Assembly: GCA_965287045.1 (NCBI GenBank)
Contig: OZ336884.1
Location: 21,638,001 to 21,702,000 of the forward strand
Direction: 5' to 3'
Source: Carcharhinus amblyrhynchos
Taxonomy: Eukaryota
DNA length: 64,000 nt
Shown here: positions 24,611 to 38,039 of the stretch, one piece after another
Layout of the letters: every line of letters starts with the position of its first letter
Numbering within the stretch: position 1 is the stretch's first letter
Program-made: the position numbers and the translations under genes
Notes under the pieces: generated by a model
Seen by the model: only the letters and a program-made list of their open reading frames with translations
The model's database searches: none
What the model was told of the DNA's origin: nothing

Positions 24611-24980
24611 TTATCTCTTTCATCAACACCAGCAAATAAGGGAAACTATGGTTGATGGGCAGCATGGTTGGTGCAGGCTTGGAGGGCCGAAGGGCCTGTT
24701 CCTGTGCTGTAATTTTCTTTGTATGGTGCAGTCCTCAAAATGGCTAAAGCTTTTTTTAAAAAGTTTACAGTCCATTTTTAAGCGTGGTGTTGACTACCCT
24801 TGTCTACCCTTCAACATCCAAGCTTTCGTGCTGAACTTGCTGCTGGTGACATTACAAGTCATAGTTCCACATGTTCTTTCTCAGGTCTCCAGTTAGAAAG
24901 AGTTGATGGCAACTTCCAATGTCCATATTTTCTGGGAAGCCTTCATTTGGCACATCAGCTAGCCAGGGTCCCAGGGGAAT

Positions 24981-25555
24981 GATTTGATTTGATTTGATTT
25001 AATTTATTATTGTCACATGTATTAGCAAACAGTGAAAAATATTGTTTCTTGCACACTTTATAGACAAAACATACTGTTCATAGAAAAGGAAACACGAGAG
25101 TGCAGAATGTAGCATTGCAGTCATAGCTAGGGTGTAGAGAAAGATCAGGTTAATGCAAGGTAAGTCCATTCAAAAGTCTGATGGCAGCAGGAAAGAAACT
25201 ATTCTTGAGTCGGCTGGTACGTGACCTCAGGCTTTTGTATCTTTTTCCTGACAGAAGATGGAAGACAGAATGTCCGGGGTGCGTGGGGTTCTTAGTTATG
25301 CTAGCGGCTTTGTCGAGGCAGTGGGAGTGGAGATAGAATCAGTGGGGTGGGAGGCTGATCTGCATGATGGATTGGGCTACATTCATGACCTTTTGTAGTT
25401 TCTTGCGGTCTTGGACAGAGCAGCAGACATACCAAGCTGTGATACAATCAGAAAGAATGCTTTCTATGGTGCATCTGTAAAAGTTGGTGGGAGTCGTAGC
25501 TGACATGCCAAATTTCCTGAGTCTTCTGAGAAAGTAGAGGCATTGGTGGGCTTCA
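24981..25555 (-). mobile_element. Rex1/Babar-type LINE 3' end
   Basis: Reverse complement of the 11950-12480 segment, with (TTTGA)n tail. Confidence 0.85.
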
Positions 25556-26336
25556 TGACAATATCATGTCCACATCATTTTTTTTAAGTTAACATTTTCT
25601 TTAACTTTTCATGTAGGTGTTTCCTATCCATTAAATATTTTAAAAGCATTGCATTCTTGCTTAAACAGCTGATCATGTGATTTGATGTTGATGTCATTCA
25701 GCTGTGTGCTTAGGCTACTGTTTTACTTTCAGTCTTGTCCTGGATGCTAACAGAGACTAGCACTTCAAGAAAACCTGTTGTTACTTTGAATCTACATATG
25801 CAGGCCTTAGTTTTTCTGTCTGTGTAAAATCCACAACCTCTAACATAATTAGAACATTATACGATCCACACCAAGGAATACAGTCGAGAAAATGTGCCCT
25901 AACCCAAAAGGAAAAAATGAGGAAACAGGAACAGTGATCTGAACTATTTTTCCTTCTGAAAGTATATGTGGAGGTTTTCCATTCCAATTACCTTTTACTA
26001 ATGCTCAAGACTGCTCGCAAGGTATTGTCAGAGAAAGTTCAGCCCTTGTTGCCATAACTTCATCACCTTCATTTGTTTTGAGTAAATTCATTCCTTCATT
26101 TGTCCGTAAAATATAATTTATAAGTCTTAAAAATAATGCAACTTTCACTGATTTTTCCCAGTTCAGAGCAAAATAGGAACTTTTTGTTCATTATTCTGTC
26201 ATCAGCTATTAAGAACAATGCTAAAGGCGAACAACATTTTCAAATGGCCATTTGGATTGGACCACATTTCTGGCACCAACTGTATTTCTGGGGTGGAAGT
26301 GACAATTAATGATTAAAATGGTATCTGGTCCAGATT

Positions 26337-26588
26337 TAAAAAGTTTATTTATTTATTAGTCACAAATAAGGCTTACATTAATACTGCAATGAAGTTACTG
26401 TGAAATTCCCCTAGTCGCCACAGTCCAGCACCTGTTCGGGTCAATGCATCTAACCAGCACATCTTTCAGGATGTGGGACAAAACCGGAGCACCCGGAGGA
26501 AACCCACACAGACACGGGGAGAACGTGCAAACTCCAAACAGACAGTCACTCAAGCCGGGAATTCAACCTGGGTCCCTGGCGCTGTGAA
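26337..26588 (-). mobile_element. V-SINE
   Basis: V-domain and tail. Confidence 0.85.
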
Positions 26589-26599
26589 CCAAGCAGATT

Positions 26600-27432
26600 A
26601 ATACAGAGAGTACTCTTAGAATCTAAACATTTCCAGCTCCAGGATCTACTCTGACTGCAAAAGCCAATGCTGTGCCCCGAGATCCCTGCACTCATTCCCC
26701 ATTGGGTGATTGGATCACATGACCCTCCTGATGTATGCCCCTTAAAGGGTCTAGTTACTACATCCCTCCCCTTTAAGCCCCTTTTTATACAGTATATGAA
26801 TAAGTTATACAATTTCCAAAACAAGAGCAATAATGAACATTTTTACAGTTTCTTAGAAACTCAGTTTATCAGGAATTTTCTCTTTCACTGGGAGTAACAT
26901 AGCTCAACAGGCTGTGATTCAACTGTAGAAGTAGTTTCCATTGGACTTGCTTCACTGGGATTCACCTTTGGAATCTGTGCCTCACCTCCCACTATTCCCT
27001 CAGTTTCACTGGGAGCAGCACCTTGGCCTGCCACTGGCTCCTTCATCCCATGGACTGACAATAACAACACTTGTTGGCACAATTGCATCAGGCAGTATCA
27101 CTGGCTCTTGGGATTGCTGTTCCCTCCTCAAATTTCCTCTGTGTTTCTTCATTAACTTGTCCTGCACTTCCACCTCATAAGACAGTGGCCCCATCCAGGC
27201 CACCATAACTCCTGAGACCTAATTTGGTCCACTTTGAAAATTCTAAGCACCATCTATTTCAAATGCTTTTCCAATTTACATCATGATACTTTTTCTGACA
27301 ATTCTGCCTAGTCTCCACCCTCCTCGCTAAATTTGGAACTACCAGGGTCAACCTGGTCTTTAAGTGTTGACCCATTAGCAGCTCAGCTGTAGCTGTTCCA
27401 CTAGTAGTATGCGGGATGTTTCTATAAGGTAG
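26600..27432 (-). mobile_element. Gypsy/Ty3 LTR retrotransposon 3' remnant (integrase C-terminus, PPT, start of 3' LTR)
   Basis: NIPHTTSGTATAELLMGQHL and GPLSYEVEV motifs. Polypurine tract AAAGGGGAGGGA directly followed by TGTAGT (LTR begins at 26762). Confidence 0.75.
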
Positions 27433-27444
27433 CAAAAAAACAAA

Positions 27445-27837
27445 GAAAATTACAGCACAGGAACAGGCTCTTTAGTTCTCCAACCCTGCACCGACCAAGC
27501 TGCCCGACTGAACTAAAACCCCCTACCCTTCTGGGGACCACATCGCCCTATACCCATCCTATTCATGTATTTAAAACATGTCACTATATTTCTAATGAAG
27601 CAGGTGTTTCTACTTCATACTGTTCTTGAACACTTGCACTGTTGATTCAACAAACCCATTTTGCCAATGGTTAGGTTGATTGGCCATGCTAAATTGAGCC
27701 TTAGTGTTAGAAGGATGTCTGGGAGGATTAGCAGGGTAAATACATAGGATTACGGGGATAGGGCCAGGGTGGGATCATTGTCAGTGCCGGCTTGATTGGC
27801 CAAATGGGCACCTTCTGCACTGTAGGGATCCTATGAT
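27445..27837. mobile_element. CR1 3' fragment (minus, 27445-27575) and V-SINE 3' part (plus, 27668-27837)
   Basis: Similar to 32215-32350 and to 37125-37280. Confidence 0.65.
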
Positions 27838-28659
27838 TTGATGAGGGGTGGTAAGATGCAGTATGGAAATGTTTTATTCTATTGAAGGCAGTGGAGCTTC
27901 TGGAGTTTGGCGCTTGTGAATACTGTCCCACTGTCTGAGACAAGTATTTCTAGTATGTCATGGTCACAAAATATCGGCACAGCTCCTTAAATGTGGCGTG
28001 TGAAATTGTGACCTCAGGTTGAACCAGACAGTTGGTAATGTTGAAATTGTATTTGGCCTTGAGCTAAGTTTATGGGCCCATATTCTCTACATGCCATATG
28101 AATGCCTACTTCCGCCTTGGTAGATGCTGCTGGCCCAGTCAGAAGGCTGGCCACCTGAGAGTCCCTGCAGTCCGACTGGGAGTGCTAGGCACTGCTAAGG
28201 CAGCAAGGGGATCAAGGAATGCATCAACTCAAAAGCTGGCACTTAGAGGCAAACTTCTTTTAAACTCAGCAGCCGAAAAGAACTTTATAACCAATTGTGT
28301 CCTTTTGAAAAGCAGATGCTGTTGTTACGGAGGAAATGAAGCAGCTAATTAGTATGCAGAAATCTCTCATAAACTGCAATGTGATAATGAGCAACTAATC
28401 TGTTTCTGTGACGTTGCTTGTTGACAGGAGACCAATGGAGGTCAATGAGAACAGGAATGAGAGATGAACGGGATTTGATACAAATTAAGACACCTGAAAT
28501 AGATTTTTAGATGACCTCAGGATTACAGAGGGTAGAATATGGGGACCAGTCAGGGGTGCATTGAAATAGTCAAAGCATGAATGAAGGCTTCAGCAACAGA
28601 GGAGCTGAGGCAAGAGTGAAGTTAGGCAATGTTAAAAGAGGTGGAAATAGGTGAATGCT

Positions 28660-28778
28660 CCATACTGCGGATGCTGGAATCTGAAGCAAAAGCAGAAAAA
28701 TGCTGGAAAATCTCAGCAGGTCTGACAGCATCTGTGGAGAGATGTTTCGAGTCTAGATGACCCTTCATCAGAGCTGAT
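28660..28778 (-). mobile_element. Penelope-like-derived repeat (family 2) with hammerhead core
   Basis: Reverse complement: AGCT CTGATGA A GGGTC ATCTA GACTC GAAAC; the 3' strand of stem I is deleted in this copy. Confidence 0.65.
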
Positions 28779-29129
28779 CTTGGTGATGAGAGTGGGAGTT
28801 CATATTAAATGTGATACCAAGTTTGCAGACAGACTGGCTAAATCTCAGACTGTTGCCAAGGTGAGTGATGGAGTTGCTAATTAGGGAACAGAGTTTGGAG
28901 TGAGACTAAAGCTGATGGTTTCAATTCTCACAATATATTTATTTGGAGAGAATTTCTTCTCTGCTCATCCAGAACTGGATATCAGATAAGCAAATTCCTG
29001 CCTCTCAGTGACCAATTCAAAGGCATATTAAGTTCCAGGCTATCTCCAGGAGCATCAGAAGTGTTCACCACTGATCTGTGCTCATTTAATTGATTTTTAG
29101 GTGAGTTGTTTTTTATTTGACTTACATAG

Positions 29130-29333
29130 AGTCAAAGAGGCAGCAACCAAAGCTTATAGGTAAGTAAGAATTTTATTTTGTTACAGGTAATCTGTAGGGT
29201 TGGTTTCCTTGGGTCCAGACAGTTCTTTTTGTTTCCTCACAGGAATCCAATGTCATAATGGGGGGCCTGATGCAAGTGTTAGGCCTTATAGATTTTGTCT
29301 TATTTGTCCTACTCTCCAGTGAGCCGCTTTCTC
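29130..29333 (+). repeat. ~200-bp segment similar to 29977-30142, flanked by the 14-bp direct repeat TTTGACTTACATAG
   Basis: GAGGCAGCAA..AAA..TTA.AGGTAAG, AATTTTATT.TGTTACAGG.AATCT..AGGGTTGGTTTCCTTG.GTCCAGACAGTTCT occur in both; direct repeats at 29116-29129 and 29334-29347. Confidence 0.8.
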
Positions 29334-31424
29334 TTTGACTTACATAGTTTTAGACATTGAGAGTCTTCCAGGTTTTACTCTTGTTGGAGAATGTGGCTGA
29401 ATGGTTAGGAATTTGGCAATTAAAAATTGCAACAATTTGTCACATCCTGATAAATATTGTGATTTTCTTGCATTGACCTCATAATTATGAAAGCTTCTTG
29501 TTTTGGAATACTGAAATCTTTTATTGGCTCACATATTGTATAAATAATCATACTCTATCTACATCAGTGACACTGCTGTAGGAGGTAACGATATAGAAAT
29601 TTGGAAGCGCCATACAGACTCAATATCAGCAGGAAAGGTCTGAGGATCCCATGATACTGAACCTCAGACTTCTTTAGCAAGAGGTCAGTGTTATGCCTTC
29701 CAGGAAGACAGAATGAAGATTGGGCTGAAGTAGCATCGCAGTGTCTTCAGAATGAAGGGTCATGGGATCACATGGCAGAACGTTCATTGTCTGGAGGAGA
29801 AGGAGGTCAAAGATCAGGAGCCTAGAAGTCAGGGACTGTGGGGGAATGATGGAGTGGAGTGGGGCAATATGACTGCAGGTGGGGAGCCTACGGATTGGAA
29901 TTGGGGGGGGTGGAAATTATTGAGAATTGGGGAGCCTGGAATTTGAAGGCCAGAGATCTCAGGGCTGGTGGATGTTGTCAGAGGCAGCAATCAAACTTTA
30001 CAGGTAAGAATTTTATTGTGTTACAGGCAATCTACAGGGTTGGTTTCCTTGAGTCCAGACAGTTCTGGACTTCTTGTTTCCTCACAAGAAATCAATGTTA
30101 TAATGGGAGCCTTAGAGCTTTTGTCTTTATTTTCCAACTCTACATGATGAACAGCAGAGTTCTGGACTGAAATATACACATGCTTCTTGCCTACCATTTT
30201 TGGGTCTTAGGATGATTTGTGACCCAATTTCCAGGCCATAGACTCTCTTTAAGACTGTTGTCACCATGATATCAAGGTCCTCAATAGTAATTCTGATAAT
30301 GGCAACAATAGAAATAGCTTAGCACTTCTAACTTAATTAAATGTCTGGAGAATCATCAAAGGAGCATTATAAAAAAAATGACACTCAGCAACAGAAGATA
30401 TTAGATCAGATGACCAAATGTGTAGTGAAAGTGGTAGGCTAAAGGAGAAAGCTAGGTGGAGAGATGAAGAGATGTCGGGACAGTAACATGGACTGCCAGG
30501 GTTTTTGACAACTGAAGGCATAGCCACCAAATGGTGGAGTGATACACAAGAAGCCAGAATTAGAGGAGTGCAGCGAGCCTTGGAGGGTTGTTAGTTGGAG
30601 GTAATTTTAGAGATAGGGTGGGCCATGGAGGAATTTGAAAATGAGGATGAGATTTTTAAAATCAAATTATTACTGGTCTGGGAGCCAATGTAAGTTAGTG
30701 ATCATGGGGGAGATGGGAAAGGGAGTTACTGAAAGTTTAGGGAGGGGCAGCAGAATTTTGGATGACCTCACGTTGACAGAAGGTAGAAAGTGAGAGACCA
30801 GACATGAGTGTGTCGGAATAGTTGAGTGTAGACATAATGAAGGGTTTCAGCAGTAGCTGAGCTGTTACAATCGTAATTTGTTTTTGACATTCTTTAATAC
30901 CAAATAATATACATAACAAGGAAACAAACATTATTGGTGACTTGGTGTAAAAATTAAAAGAGATAATCTTCTGTTTCCAATTTCAGCTCTTCAGTTTATT
31001 TTGATTTTAATAAATTGACCTGAAATGATCAAAACATGTTGCTTAAAATTAAATTGCCTGCCCACATGTTCTTTCAAGTAGTTAATCTCAAAATACTCAT
31101 TGAAATGAATATCTTAAATGATTACATTTTTTGAAGATATTCAAACTTAATTAATTGGGTCTGTCCGTTCCTCATGCAAAATAGATGAACATTAAACGAA
31201 GTATGTGATAATGTGAGTTGGCTGAGGTCTGTGCTTACACGAGTCAAGTATCATTCTTGAATGTAAATAATTAATCTCTTTAATTAGCTTCTTACTAAAG
31301 AGAGAAATAAATTGCTATAAAATTTGGAGTGAGGAACTGTGACAAGTAATCATATACCTCCCCTTTTATTCTTTCTTCCCGCATCACATCTTCCCTGGCT
31401 CTGTTCTGAACAGTTAATTTTCAA

Positions 31425-34400
31425 ATTTTATTCATTCATGGGATGTGGACATCTATGGCGAAGCTGGCATTTATTGCTCATTGCTGATTGCCCTTCAGAA
31501 GGTGGTGGTCTGCTTTCTTGAACCACTGTAGTGCATGTGGTGTAGTTACATCAACAGTGCTGTTTTTGAGGGAGTCCCAGGATTTGACACAGCAATAGTG
31601 AAGGAACAGTAACATACGTCCAAGTCAATATGGTGAATGGCATGAAGGTGAGCTTGATGGAGGTAGTCTTCCAATGCATCTGCTGTTCTTGTCCTTCCTG
31701 GTGGTAGAAGTTGAAGGTGGTGTTTGGAGTGCCAAACAAGTGAGTTGCTTTGTCCTGGATAATGTCTAGCTTCTTAAGTGTTGTTGGAGTTGTATGCATC
31801 TCAGAAAGTAGAGATCGTTCTCACACGTGCCTAATTTGTGCCCTGGATATGATGGACAGGCTTTGGAGAGTTTGGAGGTGAGCTCCTCTCTACAGAATTC
31901 CCAGATCCTGACCTGCTCTTGTAGTCACTGTATTTATATGGCTGATCTAGTTTGTGGCCAATGGCAACTCCCAGGATGTTGATAGTGGAGGATTCAGCGA
32001 TGATAATGCCATTGAATGGCATGGGTAGATGGTCTAACTTCTTCCAGCTTGAAGGAATTGTTATGTTGTGTTACTGGTGTCTATGCTGCAGAAGCACAGA
32101 AGATACAAAATTACACCGTCTGTGCTCGAAACGAGTAATGGTACGGCCTGCGTGGCCTCCCATGATGCGAAGGATGTTACCCCAAATATCCCGGGTGAGA
32201 TTTTATGTCCAAAGAAGAACAAAGAAAAGTACAGCACAGGAACAGGCCCTTCGGCCCTTCAAGTCTGTACCAATCATGGTGCCCTGACTAAACTAAATAA
32301 AACCTTCTGCCCTTACTCGGTCCATATTCCTCTATTCCCTCCCATTTCATGTACACCTCCAGATGCCTCTTAAATGTTGCTAATGTGCCTGCTTCTACCA
32401 CCTCCTTTGGCAGGCATCCACCACTCTCTGCGTAAAAAACTTGTCTCACACATCTCCCTTAAACTTTCCCCCTCTCACCTTGAACCCGTGCCCCCTTGTA
32501 ATTGAAACTTCCACCTTTGGAAAAAGCCTCCGGCTATCCACCCTGTCTATGCCTCTCATAATTTTGCAGACCCCAATCAGGTCTCCACTCAGCCTCTGTC
32601 TTTCCAATGAAAACAATCCTATTTGATTCAATCTCTCCTCATAGCCAACATCCTCAAGATCAGCAACTAGTTTCAGGATGTTGCGTGGTTGAGAGGAGAA
32701 CTTGCAGGTGGTGATGCTCCCATGTGTTTACTGCCCTTGTCCTTCAAGGTGATAGAGGTTGTGGTTTTGGAAGACGCTGTCAAAAGAGTCCTCATGAGTT
32801 GCTGCAATGTATCTTTAAGAAGGTGTGCCCTGCTGCCATGGTTGCATGGATAGTGGAAGGAGTGGATTTTGGAGATGGTGGATGAGGTGCCAATCACGCG
32901 GTTGCTTTGTCCCGGATGTTGCTGACCGTTTTGAGAGTTGATGGAGTTGCACTCATCCAAGCATGTGGAGAATATTGCATCCACTCCTGAATTGTACCTT
33001 ATAGATGATGGACAAGCTTCAGGGAATCTGGAGGTGAGTTACTTGCTGCAGAATTCCTAGTCTCCGACCTGCTCTTGCTGCCATAGTGTTTATATGGATA
33101 GTCCAGTCAATTTCTGGTCAATGATAACTCCCAGGATGTTGATAGTGAGGTCATTGATGGTAATGCCATTGAATATTGAGGAGTGATGGTTGGACCTCTC
33201 TTGTTGGAGATGATCGTTGCCTGGCACTTGTGTGGCTTGAATGTTACTTGATGCTTATCACCCCAGCCTAAATGCTGGCTATGTTTTACTGCATATGGAC
33301 ATAGATTGCTTCAGTATCTGAGGAGTCGCAAATGTTGCTGAACATTGTGTAATTATCAGCGAAAATCCCCACTTCTGACCTTAAGATCGAGGGAAGGTCA
33401 TTGATGAAACAGGTGAAGATGGTTGGACCTAAGATGCTACCCCGAGGAACTACTGCAATGATGTTCTGGAATTGAAATGATTGATCTCCTTCATGCAAGG
33501 TATAACTCTAACGAATGGAGAATTTCCCCCCAATTTCCAATGATCCCAGTTTTTCCAGGCTCCTTGATGTCAGATTCAGTCAAACCTGCTGTCGAGAGTG
33601 GTCACTCCCGCTTCACTCCTTGAGTTCGGCTCTTTTGTCCATGTTTCAATTAAGGCTGTACTGAGATCAGGAGCTGGTGGCCATGGCGAAATCCAAACTG
33701 AGCATCCGTGAGCTGTTTTTTTCTGAGTAATTTTTTCGGGTGGCACGGTGGCACAGTAGTTAGCTCTGCTGCCTCACAGTGCCAGGGACCCGGGTTCAAT
33801 TCCGGCCTCGGGTCACTGTCTGTGTGGAGTTCTTCCCATGTCGGTGTGGGTTTCTTCTGGTTTCCTTCCACAATCCAAAGATATGTGGGTGAGGTGGGGG
33901 ATTGGCCATTCTAAAATGACCCTTAGTGTCCCAAGATATGTAGGTTAGATGGATTAACCATGGTAAATGTGTGGGCTTACGGTGAACAGGTCTGGGTAGG
34001 ATTGCCTCTTCATGTCAGGGCAATTACGTAGAGTTGCAAGGATAGGTCCTGGGTGGGATTGTTGTCAGTGCAAACTCAATGGGCCAGATGGTCTTCTTCT
34101 GCACTGCAGGGATTCTATCAATATAATTGCCTCTTGATAACACTGTCAATGACACCTTTCATCACCTGGCTGATGAACAAGAGTAAACTGCTTGGTCAGC
34201 AATAGGCTGGATTGGATTTGTCCTGCATTTCATGGACAGCATACACCTGGGAAATATTCCACATTGCCAGATAGATGGCAGTGTTATAGCTTGAGCAGCT
34301 TGGCTCAGGGTGCAGCTGGTAATGGAGCTTAAATCCTTCAGTACTATTGCTGGAATGTTCTCGGGGGCTTTGCAGTGTCTGTAGTTCTTAATATTGAATG

Positions 34401-36190
34401 GAGTGAATTGAATTAGCTGAAGACTGGCATCAGTGATGCTGGGGACCTCAGGAGCAGGCCGTGAATCATTCATTCAGCACTTCTGGCTGAATGTTATTGT
34501 GAATGATTCAGTCTTGTCTTTAGCACTGATGTGCTGGACTTCCCTATCATTGAGGATGTGGGTAATTGTAGTGTGTCCTCCTCCCATTAGTTGTTTAGCT
34601 GTTCACCACCATTCACAACTGAAATGTGTCACGGCAGCAAAGCTTAGATCTGATCTGTTAGTTGTGGGATCGCTTAACTCTGCGTATCACAAAGCACTTT
34701 TGTTGTTTGGCATGCAAATAAGCCTATGTTGTAGCTTCACCAGGTTGACAGCTCATTTTTAGATATGCCTGGCATTGCTCCTGGCCTGCCCTCTTGCATT
34801 CTTCATTAATACAGGGTTTAGAGTCATAGAGGTTACAGCATGGAAACAGGCCCTTCGGCCCAACTTGTCCAAGATGGCCTTTTTAAACCCCTAAGCTAGT
34901 CCCAATTGCCTGCGTTTGGCTCATATCCCTCTATAGCCATCTTATCCATGAAACTGTCTAAATGTTTTTTAAAAGACAAGATTGTACCCGCCTCTACTAC
35001 TACCTTTGGCAGCTTGTTCCAGACACTCACCACTCTCTGTGTGAAAAAATTGCCCCCCAGTTTGATGATAATGGTGGAACGGTGTAAGTGCTGGGCCATG
35101 AAGTTACAGATTGGAGTTGTATTGTTCCGCTACTGCTGATGGCCCACAACACTGGCTGGATGCCCAGACTTGTGTTGCTAAAGCTTTTGAAATGCATCCC
35201 ATGTAGAATGATGGTAGTGCCACCCAACACGACAGAGGGTATCTTCAATGTGAAGAAAGGACTTTCTGTGCAGTTGTGACTCCTGGCCACGCTGTCATGC
35301 TCAGCTGCATTCTGAGACAGGTAGGTTGGTGAAGACGAGGTCAAGTACATTTTTTTCTCTTCACCACCTGAGGCATACCCAATTTGTCAGTTATGTCCTT
35401 TTGAACTCAGCCAGCTTGGTACGTAAAAGCTTACTGGTGATGGGCATTGAGGTCACCCACTCTCAATATGATTTGTGCCCACGTGTCACCCTCTGTTCTT
35501 CCATAAAGTGATGTTCAAAATGGGGTCCAGAGTCGATGTTAAGACCTTCCAGTGCAACTCCCCCCTGAATACCCCACTGCACTGCCAGATCTGGTGGGCC
35601 TGTCCTGTCAATAGGACAGAGCAGGAATGATGATGGTGGTGTCTGAGACATCGTCTGCTGCTTATGTTTCTGTGAATGTGACTATGTCAGGCTGTTGCTT
35701 GACTAGTCTGTGGGACAGTGCACCTAATTTTGGCAAGTCCCCAGATGTTAAAAAGGAGAGCATGCAGAGTTGACAGGGCTGGTTTTGCAGTTGTCATTTC
35801 CAGTGCCTGGGTCGATGCCTGGTAGCCATTAAATTTTTTTCCTTTTTGTAGACTTCGTAGCAGTTTTTAATACAACTGAGTTGCTTGCTGGCCCATTTCA
35901 GAGGACATTTAAGAGTCAATCACATTGCTGTGGGTCTGAAGTCGCACATCAGCCAGATCAGGGAAGATGGCAGCTTTCATTCCCTAAAGGACATAAGTGA
36001 ACCAGATGAATTTTTACAACAATCAATTTACGATCACTATTATTGAGAGTAGATTTTCTTTTAGATTCCAGATTTATGAACTGGATTTAAATTCCACCAG
36101 TTGTTATGTCGATCCAAACCATGTCTCCAAAGCCTGGGATTCTGGATTACTAGTCAAGTTACATTAGTACCACATCACAGCCTCCCTACA
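31425..36190 (-). mobile_element. Fragmented L2/CR1-group LINE array with nested CR1 3' ends (32215-32660, 34820-35058) and a V-SINE (33739-34118)
   Basis: RT motifs VPRGSILGPTIFTCFINDLP, GIFAD, QFGFR, LKKLDIIQDKA on the minus strand; nested elements recognisable by their tails. Confidence 0.75.
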
Positions 36191-36422
36191 TCTGGCTGAA
36201 TGAAAAATGGCACTTCCTCACACAAGTCACTCTACTTTAATATAATTCCATGAAATTCTTCACTTTCAGATAGAATAATGTGTCAAGTATATCAGCGGAA
36301 GCCAGCAGTTTTAACTTAATTCAGAAACTGAGAAGAACAGATTCATTGTTTGTTCAATATGCGGCCTGATTTTACTCGCCATTGAAGGAAATAGAAATTA
36401 ATATTGGGTGGCATGGAAATCT

Positions 36423-36552
36423 GGGGCAGAATTTTCCCATCCCGCATGTCATGTGAGTCGCAGCAGGCAGGACATGGACGATGCAAAGGTTCGTTGACCT
36501 TGGGTGGGATTCTTTGGTCTTGGAGTGAGTGCAGCCAGAAAATCCCTCCCCC
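36423..36552. mobile_element. PIF/Harbinger-type MITE
   Basis: TIRs GGGGCAGAATTTTC ... GAAAATCCCTCCCC. Confidence 0.55.
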
Positions 36553-36647
36553 AGCATTTCACTCAAATCCATTGTATTTTTCTGTCTGGCTGCTGAGGTT
36601 CACTTTAAACCCTTTCATTTCTATCTCTCTTTCTCCACAACCTGGAC

Positions 36648-37280
36648 AGCACGGTGGCACAGCAGTTCGTACTGCTCCCTCACAGCACCAGGAACCTGGA
36701 TCCAATTCCCAGATCACTGTGTGGAGTCTGCATATTCTCCCCGTGTCTGCGTGGGTTTCCTCCAGGTGCTCTGGTTTCCTCCCACAGTCCAAGGACATGC
36801 TGGTTAGGTGCATTGGCCATGTTAAATTCTCCCTCAGTGTACCTGAACAGGCGCCAAAGTGTGGCGACTAGGGGATTTTCACAGTAGTGTCATCTGCAGT
36901 GTTAATGTAAGCCTACTTGTGACATTATTAAATACATTTTAAAACTTTAATTTATGGGTGACACAGTGGTACAGTTGTTAGCACTGCTGCCTCACTGTGC
37001 CAGGTAGGCAGGTTCAATTCCAAACTTGCGTGACTGCCTGTGTGGAGTTTGCATGTTCTTTCCATGTCTGCATGGGTTTCCTCCAGGTGCTCCAGTTGCC
37101 TCCCACACCCCAGTAATGTGCAAGTTAGGTTGATTGGCCATGCTAAATTGCCCCTTAGTGCTAGGAGGACTAGTAGGGTAAATACTTGGCATTACAGGGA
37201 TGGGGCCTGGGTGGAATTGGTTTTGGTGCAGGCTCAATAGGCCAAATGGCCTCCTTCTACACTGTAGGGATTCTATGATT
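36648..37280 (+). mobile_element. Two tandem V-SINEs with different 3' tails (36648-36945; 36956-37280)
   Basis: The first ends TGTTAATGTAAGCCTACTTGTGAC; the second ends GGCCAAATGGCCTCCTTCTACACTGTAGGGATTCTATG. Confidence 0.85.
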
Positions 37281-38039
37281 CTGTGAACATAAAAGCTGAA
37301 ATCCATCTTACTGTTCTCAGTCTTGGGCTCCTCATACTTGACACCATTTAACCAGTATTTTATTGATCTGACTTCACTCCTATCCTTTTCACCCCTGTCC
37401 TGTATTGTGCATCTTGGCTTGTCAGCAAGGTTCCTCAATTCAAAGGCAGAAAAATGACATAGGGTGCATTTTGGTGAGAGATGTATAGTTCTACTGAATG
37501 TCCGTGAAGCAAACGTTAGAAGAAATTATCAACATTCCTTCACGATAATGAAACCCTTTTAAAACAAATTTATGTAACTTTTCTCTTGTTTTGGTGCCTG
37601 TGCACTCTTTAAAGATGGATAGGCACTGTGCACTGGAACTTTTTCCATTTATGCAGCCAGTAACAGCATCAGGTTTCGATAGACCAAACAGCTTGGATTC
37701 CTGATGGTTCTTTTATGTTTCACTGCACCATTTTTAAAAGCCAGGTGTCATGTTGTTTTTACTAAGGCAATGCAATGCCAAAACATTTTATCCGAATATT
37801 AATTTATTATTAAGGGTGATTTCTCTAACTTATAACAAGCTATGCTTGTTTTGAAATTTGAAGTTCAAGTGATTTGTAATAGTCCCCTGCAATCCAACTA
37901 AGTCTTTAATGAATCCTATGTTGTTACCTGTTACGGTTCTTGTACAATTCCCCCCTCTCCTGTCTTGATGGAATTGGCTTACGCACAGTTTTACTATAGC
38001 AACGGGAGTGGCTCACTCAACCCCAAGGGCCGGCTTACT

